Assembly (NCBI GenBank): GCA_963785305.1
Contig: CAWAUV010000008.1
Span: 608,001-672,000, forward strand
Source of the DNA: an uncultured Planctomycetaceae bacterium
Lineage (GTDB): Bacteria; Planctomycetota; Planctomycetia; Pirellulales; PALSA-1355
Length of the DNA stretch: 64,000 nucleotides
Direction: 5' to 3'
The notes under the pieces are model-generated. The model did not search any database. It saw only the letters and a list, made by a program, of their open reading frames with translations, and was not told the origin of the DNA. A program made the position numbers and the translations under genes. Below, one piece after another: positions 59,253 to 64,000 of this stretch (position 1 is its first letter; every line of letters starts with the position of its first letter).

Positions 59253-60586
59253 TCAGCCGGTTTCCTCGATTGCCGCATGCGTCAATTCCGGCAGCTTGGC
59301 GAGTGATCGCAGGTCGGCGGCCACGCGCGGGTGGGCAAAAATGCGCACCCGCTTCACATAATCGTCGAACTGTTCGTGGGCCAGTGCCCGCGACACCGGC
59401 GACACTTCGCCCAGCGAGCGATAGCGGTTTTGCTTTCCGTAGAACACCGGAATATCGAACTGCACCTCGCGCTGGGCCGGCGGGGCGTCGAAGAGAATCT
59501 CATGCGGGGCCACGACCCGGCCGAGCGCGCTGCTGGCCCGCGCGGCGAAGCGCTCGCCGCAGGCCGCCAGCCAGGGATAGGGCTTGCGGGCCAGTCGGTC
59601 GTACAGCTCGCGCTCCTCGAAGATATTGTACTGCGCCACGCGCTTGTAAATCCTCCGCGCGGGACCAAACAGCCCCTCGAGTAGATCGGCCGCCGCCGAG
59701 CCTTCGGCCACCGCGCCAGTCGCTCGATCATGGCGGTTTCGGTCAGTCGAAACAGCACATCCAAGTCGAGCGATCCTTGCAGCAGGTAAAACGCCCGCTG
59801 GAGCATCGCCGTGGCCGAGCGCACGGCATGATGCCAATAGACTTCGCTGAACATCACATAGCGGGCAAACACCATCAGCTCGGCCGCCGTTTTGCCTTTG
59901 TCGCTGATCGCCAGCCCATCGCCGGCCGCGTTGAGGCACAAGCTCGCGATCAAGCGACCCTGATCGAAATTGCGCCCGTAAGGCACGCCGGCATGCAGAC
60001 TGTCGCGAGCCAGGTAGTCCATCTTGTCGATGTCGATCGGTCCGGAGAGCATGCTCGAGAGAATCTTGCCGCGCTGGTCGCGAGCCTTTTCCGAGAGCAA
60101 GGCCACGATCTCGCGCGGCTGCATTCGCCATTCGTCGCGCAGCACATCGCCGATTTCGCCTTCGAGCAAAAAGCTGTTTGCCAGCAGCTCATGCTCGGGC
60201 ACTCCGGGCAGGCGCATATCTTCGATCGGATGGCAGAACGGCCAGTGGCCCAGGTCGTGCAGAAGGGCCGCCGCGAGAAACAGTTCGCCATCGGCCGGAG
60301 CGATGGCGTCGCGGAAGCGGGGATCGTGCGACAAATGGCGCAGGAACAAGAGCGCCAGGCGGTACACGCCCAGCGAGTGCTCGAACCGCGTGTGGTGGGC
60401 GGCCGGATACACGAGCGCCACGAGGCCCAACTGACTGATATGCGCCAGTCGGCGAAAGTCGCTGGTGTCGATGATGGCCCGCACGCGCGGCGTGAACGGA
60501 ACATCTATTTCCGGCGGAATTCGCACCAGCGCACCGCCGCCATCGAGCGCGGCCACTTCCGGAATATCGCGCAAATGCGAGGTCAT
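59253..60586 (-). CDS. HD-domain phosphohydrolase (SAMHD1/dNTPase-like); frameshift near 59715
   Basis: FRRLAHISQLG...VYPAAHHTRFEHSLG, AALLHDLGH, IDIDKMDYL. Confidence 0.88.
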
Positions 60587-60627
60587 CGGGTTCGTTCCTC
60601 GCGGCGCTCATGGGAGCGCCGGCGCTT

Positions 60628-61335
60628 TCAAACCGGGTTGCTCGCGCGGCGGCGAACCGGCTGACCGGCCGAAGCGGTTCGCGCCGCGCTGTCGGCGGCA
60701 AACATCTCCAACATAAAGTCGGCCACGCGCGCCGGATCGCGGTATTCGCCCAGCGATTCCAAGTCCTGCCAGAGTTGGGCGCCGATCGCCAAAGTGCGAC
60801 TCAAGTGCGGCGGACAGCTTGCCGCCCAATCGGCCGGTAGCGGATGCGCGGCGATCTTCTCTTCGAGTCGCTCGGCCAACTGGTCCAAGCGCGACACGGT
60901 CTCGAATCCGCCGGGCCCAACCACGAGCGGGTTGTCGCGCCCCGTGACAAAGCTGCGGCAATCGTCCTTGTAGATCACGACCGGTTTGCCGAGCATCCAC
61001 GCCATGGTGCTTTCGGCCACCGCGCCTTCGTCGGGCACGCGGCCGTTCATGTTGAACACGAGCGAGCCGCAGCGAACCACGACTTGATACGTGTCGAGCG
61101 CGAAAATGGCTTCATGCAGCCATTGGCCGACGCGCTCGCTCGCATGGCCACTGGCGACCAAGTGCGGCCGCACCAGGGCGAACTCCATTCCATCGGAGTG
61201 GGGCACGAACGTTTTAAAGCCCGCCGCGTTCAATGCGTCGGCGATTCGCAGCATTTCCAGTCGCTCCGCCTCGTTGAACAGCGGGCCGGCGCAATACACT
61301 CGCCGCATCTCGCGCAGCGGAAATAGCGGAACCAT
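60628..61335 (-). CDS. Nucleoside 2-deoxyribosyltransferase / nucleotide N-hydrolase family protein
   Basis: VYCAGPLFN, IFALD, PDEGAVAE, LGKPVV, NPLV. Confidence 0.78.
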   Translation of the reverse strand: MVPLFPLREMRRVYCAGPLFNEAERLEMLRIADALNAAGFKTFVPHSDGMEFALVRPHLVASGHASERVGQWLHEAIFALDTYQVVVRCGSLVFNMNGRVPDEGAVAESTMAWMLGKPVVIYKDDCRSFVTGRDNPLVVGPGGFETVSRLDQLAERLEEKIAAHPLPADWAASCPPHLSRTLAIGAQLWQDLESLGEYRDPARVADFMLEMFAADSAARTASAGQPVRRRASNPV

Positions 61336-61353
61336 GCCGTGTGCGCCTCGTCC

Positions 61354-61391
61354 TTGTGTCGCGTGGTTGTGTCGCGTGGTTGTGTCGCGTG
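61354..61391. repeat. 13-bp tandem repeat x3
   Basis: ttgtgtcgcgtgg units between larE and the NDT gene. Confidence 0.8.
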
Positions 61392-61464
61392 CTTCCAGAC
61401 GCCGCGCAACGCAGCGCCGCTTTCGCAGCCCGATGGATACTTCGGACTTTCTTTCTCGGAAAGC

Positions 61465-62325
61465 TCAAGCTAACGGTTTTTCGCCATATTGGCCAGGGGC
61501 GACGAGCACATTGAGGCTGCCGGAGCGGAAGCCCTCCAGGTCGAGCGAGATGAATTTAAACCCGAGTTCGCGGAAGCGTCCGCAGAGAACCGCGCGCGCG
61601 GCTTCGCTCGTCAGGCGTTCGAGCATCGCCAGCGGCGCTTCGATTCTCGCCAGGTCGCCTTCGTGGTAGCGCACGCGCACCGGACTCACGCCGAGCGCTC
61701 GCAACGCTTGCTCGGCGCTGTCGATCATTGCCAGCCGCTCGGGCGTCACCTGTTGTCCATAGGCCAAGCGGCTGCTCAGGCAAGGGCTCGCCGGTTTGTC
61801 CCAGATCGGAAGCTTCCAGCGGCGGGCTAGGTCGCGCACTTGCGCTTTGGTCAATCCGCATTCGGCGAGCGGGCCGCGAACCGCGAAGTCGCGGGCCGCT
61901 TGCATGCCGGGGCGATAGTCGCCCAGATCATCGAGATTCGCGCCGTTGACGATCGCCCGCACGCCCCGCGCTCGGGCGATGCTCGCCAGTTGGCCATAGA
62001 GCTCGGTCTTGCAATGGAAACAGCGATCCGGGGCATTGGCCACATAATGCGGATCGGCGAGCTCGTGGGTGTCGATCACTTCGTGGCGGATGCCGATGAG
62101 CGTGGCGATGCGCGCCGCTTCATCGAGCTCGCCCGAGGCTAGGCTCGCGCTGCGGCCGGTCACGGCGATTGCCTCGTCGCCGAGCGCGAGAAAGGCCGCC
62201 TTGGCGACCACCGCGCTATCCACGCCGCCCGAGTACGCCACGAGGCAACTTTTCAACTCCCGGATCGCGGCCACGAGGCGTTCGCCGTCGGCGACAGTCC
62301 TGGCGACTTGGCTGGCGTCGTGCAT
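61465..62325 (-). CDS. larE: LarE-like ATP-dependent sulfur transferase (PP-loop)
   Basis: AYSGGVDS, RCFHCK, NLDDLGDYRPG, ASPCLSSR, LDLEGFRSGSLN. Confidence 0.85.
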   Translation of the reverse strand: MHDASQVARTVADGERLVAAIRELKSCLVAYSGGVDSAVVAKAAFLALGDEAIAVTGRSASLASGELDEAARIATLIGIRHEVIDTHELADPHYVANAPDRCFHCKTELYGQLASIARARGVRAIVNGANLDDLGDYRPGMQAARDFAVRGPLAECGLTKAQVRDLARRWKLPIWDKPASPCLSSRLAYGQQVTPERLAMIDSAEQALRALGVSPVRVRYHEGDLARIEAPLAMLERLTSEAARAVLCGRFRELGFKFISLDLEGFRSGSLNVLVAPGQYGEKPLA

Positions 62326-62397
62326 GGCTTGCTTCGCTGTAAAACGTCGCGGCTTGGATCGAAAAGGCGCTGGCCGCGCGAGACGGAAATAAAAAAA

Positions 62398-62626
62398 GCG
62401 GATCGCTCCACCGCAATGCCGTGGCGATGCGGTTTTCGCGAGCCCGTTGCTGAAATGTGGGCGCCCGGGGCCTGGAGTTGTGTGATCCGGCGCCGCGAGG
62501 CTCGAAAGGCTCGGGGTGGCGGCTATACACGCGGCCGGGCCCATTAAAAAATTCGGGCTCCCAACGGACTGCTTATCGGCTCCGCAAAAATGTGCGTCGC
62601 AACACGCGCATGGCGGAGCGATCCGC
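62398..62626 (-). ncRNA. ssrS: Probable 6S RNA
   Basis: 229-nt rod: terminal gcggatcgctcc/ggagcgatccgc helix, nested helices, tgggagcccg/cgggcgccca flanking a central bubble; 3' U-tract; upstream TTTTCA-17-TAGGAT. Confidence 0.7.
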
Positions 62627-62706
62627 CGCTTCTTATCCTAAGGTGGCGGATGGCCGATGAAAAGAGGCTCGGGGGGCGATGAATGACCGCCTGGGCGATT
62701 CGCCCG

Positions 62707-63518
62707 TTACATGATATCCGGCGAGGAACCGCGCGACATCGGGTCTTCGATCTGTTGGCGAATCAGGTCACGCAGCCGGGCGGCTTCCTCGAAGCGTTCG
62801 TCGCGGATCGCCGTTTCCAGATCGGCTCGCAGGCGGGCCAATCGGTTTTCCGGCTCGATGTTGAGCTTCGCTGGTCGCTTTTCCTCCAGCTGGCCGCGCC
62901 ATTCGATGAGCTGGGTCAACTCGGCGCAGCCTTCGGCATTGTGCTGCTGATCGTAGTCGACAAGGAACTGCCGGATGCCGGCGATCGCCGCGTCGACCAC
63001 GCGCACCGCCGCTTCGTAGTCGCCCAGCGAAATGAGCGGCGTCGCCACGGCCCGCGCGTGCATCATCGTCACATACGGCCGATACTGGTCGAACAGCAGC
63101 TTGTCTTTCGGATCGGCCGCGAACTCGCGCACATAGGCGAAGAGCTTCAAATTCCGATTCGTGTCGCGGGCACACAGTTCATATCGCTCGAGCCGCCAGA
63201 AGCTGATGTAGCGATGATAATACTGCACGCCCTCGCGGAGCAGCCGCGCCAGTCTTCGCTATCGAGCGTAAAGGGCGGGCCATCGGGATAGCGCTGGTCG
63301 TGTGTTTGTTGGCGCCGCTGATAATACTCGAGCCACGACTCGCAATCCTTGTTGACCCGCTGGCCATCGGGCCGGCCGTCGAACTCCATTTGCAAGAGTC
63401 CGAGGTCGAGCCGCAATTGGATCTTGTCGCGGCCATCGTCGCCCGGCACGATGCGCACGCTGATTTTTCCGGGATGAAATTCCCAGCCGTCGAGAATGGA
63501 GTGGATATCCTTCGCCAC
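62707..63518 (-). CDS. UVR (UvrB/UvrC motif)-containing protein; frameshift near 63250
   Basis: KIQLRLDLGLLQME...; C-terminal LETAIRDERFEEAARLRD. Confidence 0.8.
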
Positions 63519-63777
63519 GCTGCGCTCGCCTCGAAACCAGAGTCACCCCGGAGCTGTCCGGAGTCTCCGAAATGCTCGAAGTTCCCTAGGCACTCAGGGT
63601 CGTTGTCGACAGTTCGAGCGTTAGTCTATCCGGGAATCGCCGCGGCGGGGAGGGGCGCAAACGGGCGGTTCTTTCCAATGCGCGCGACGCGGGGGGGCAT
63701 GCGAAGCGCGATCGCGAAGCACGGCCGATCGCGAAGCAGTGTCGAAGCGAGGGGTAGTGTCGAAGCGAGGGGTCGGT

Positions 63778-64000
63778 TCAGTCGGCGAGCGATTCGCGAA
63801 CGACAGGTTCCATGATCTTCGTATTGCGTTCGACCGCCAACACCACGGTCCGCTGTTCGGCGCCGCCGGCGGCGTAGGCCACCACCGGAATCACTTGCCG
63901 CTGATTGGGCAAGCTCATCCGCACCGTGAAGGTGCCATCGGCTCGCAGCTTGACCGGCTCGCCGCGCATCGTCACTCGAGCATCGCTCCGGGTGGCGCCG
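63778..64000 (-). CDS. C-terminus of a DUF4912-like protein (partial)
   Basis: GAT...PVKLRADGTFTVR...EQRTVVLAVERNTK. Confidence 0.65.
   Translation of the reverse strand, partial: GATRSDARVTMRGEPVKLRADGTFTVRMSLPNQRQVIPVVAYAAGGAEQRTVVLAVERNTKIMEPVVRESLAD

Noticed and set aside
63738..63775. 18-bp tandem duplication gtgtcgaagcgaggggt
   Set aside because: Only two adjacent copies; a simple slippage duplication.

Overview
GC-rich bacterial window, very likely from a planctomycete (DUF1559, DUF1549/DUF1553, DUF1501, PEP-CTERM and planctomycete-type J-like and UVR proteins). About 17 genes are split by frameshifts, most simply explained by long-read indel errors. Left to right: start of the S10 operon (rpsJ-rplC-rplD); a degenerate phosphohexomutase; a repeat-flanked ISKra4 remnant with an AbrB/RelE-like toxin-antitoxin pair; a Cys-rich ORF ahead of an enlarged CusA; an S9 peptidase, argG and a Pls/PosA-type homopoly(amino acid) synthetase; a BglII-like R-M pair; asnB, GT4 and hpt; an ECF sigma/anti-sigma pair opposite htrA; a GTPase pair ending in an orphan CRISPR-like mini-array; a DUF1559/PEP-CTERM/PSCyt/DUF1501/sulfatase island; an RND-MFP-TPR locus; and an HD/NDT/LarE cluster downstream of a probable 6S RNA. 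The strongest leads are the mini-array with its GTPase pair, the Pls-like NRPS with a Lys-type code, the LarE-NDT-HD cluster and the CusA with its Cys-rich leader.
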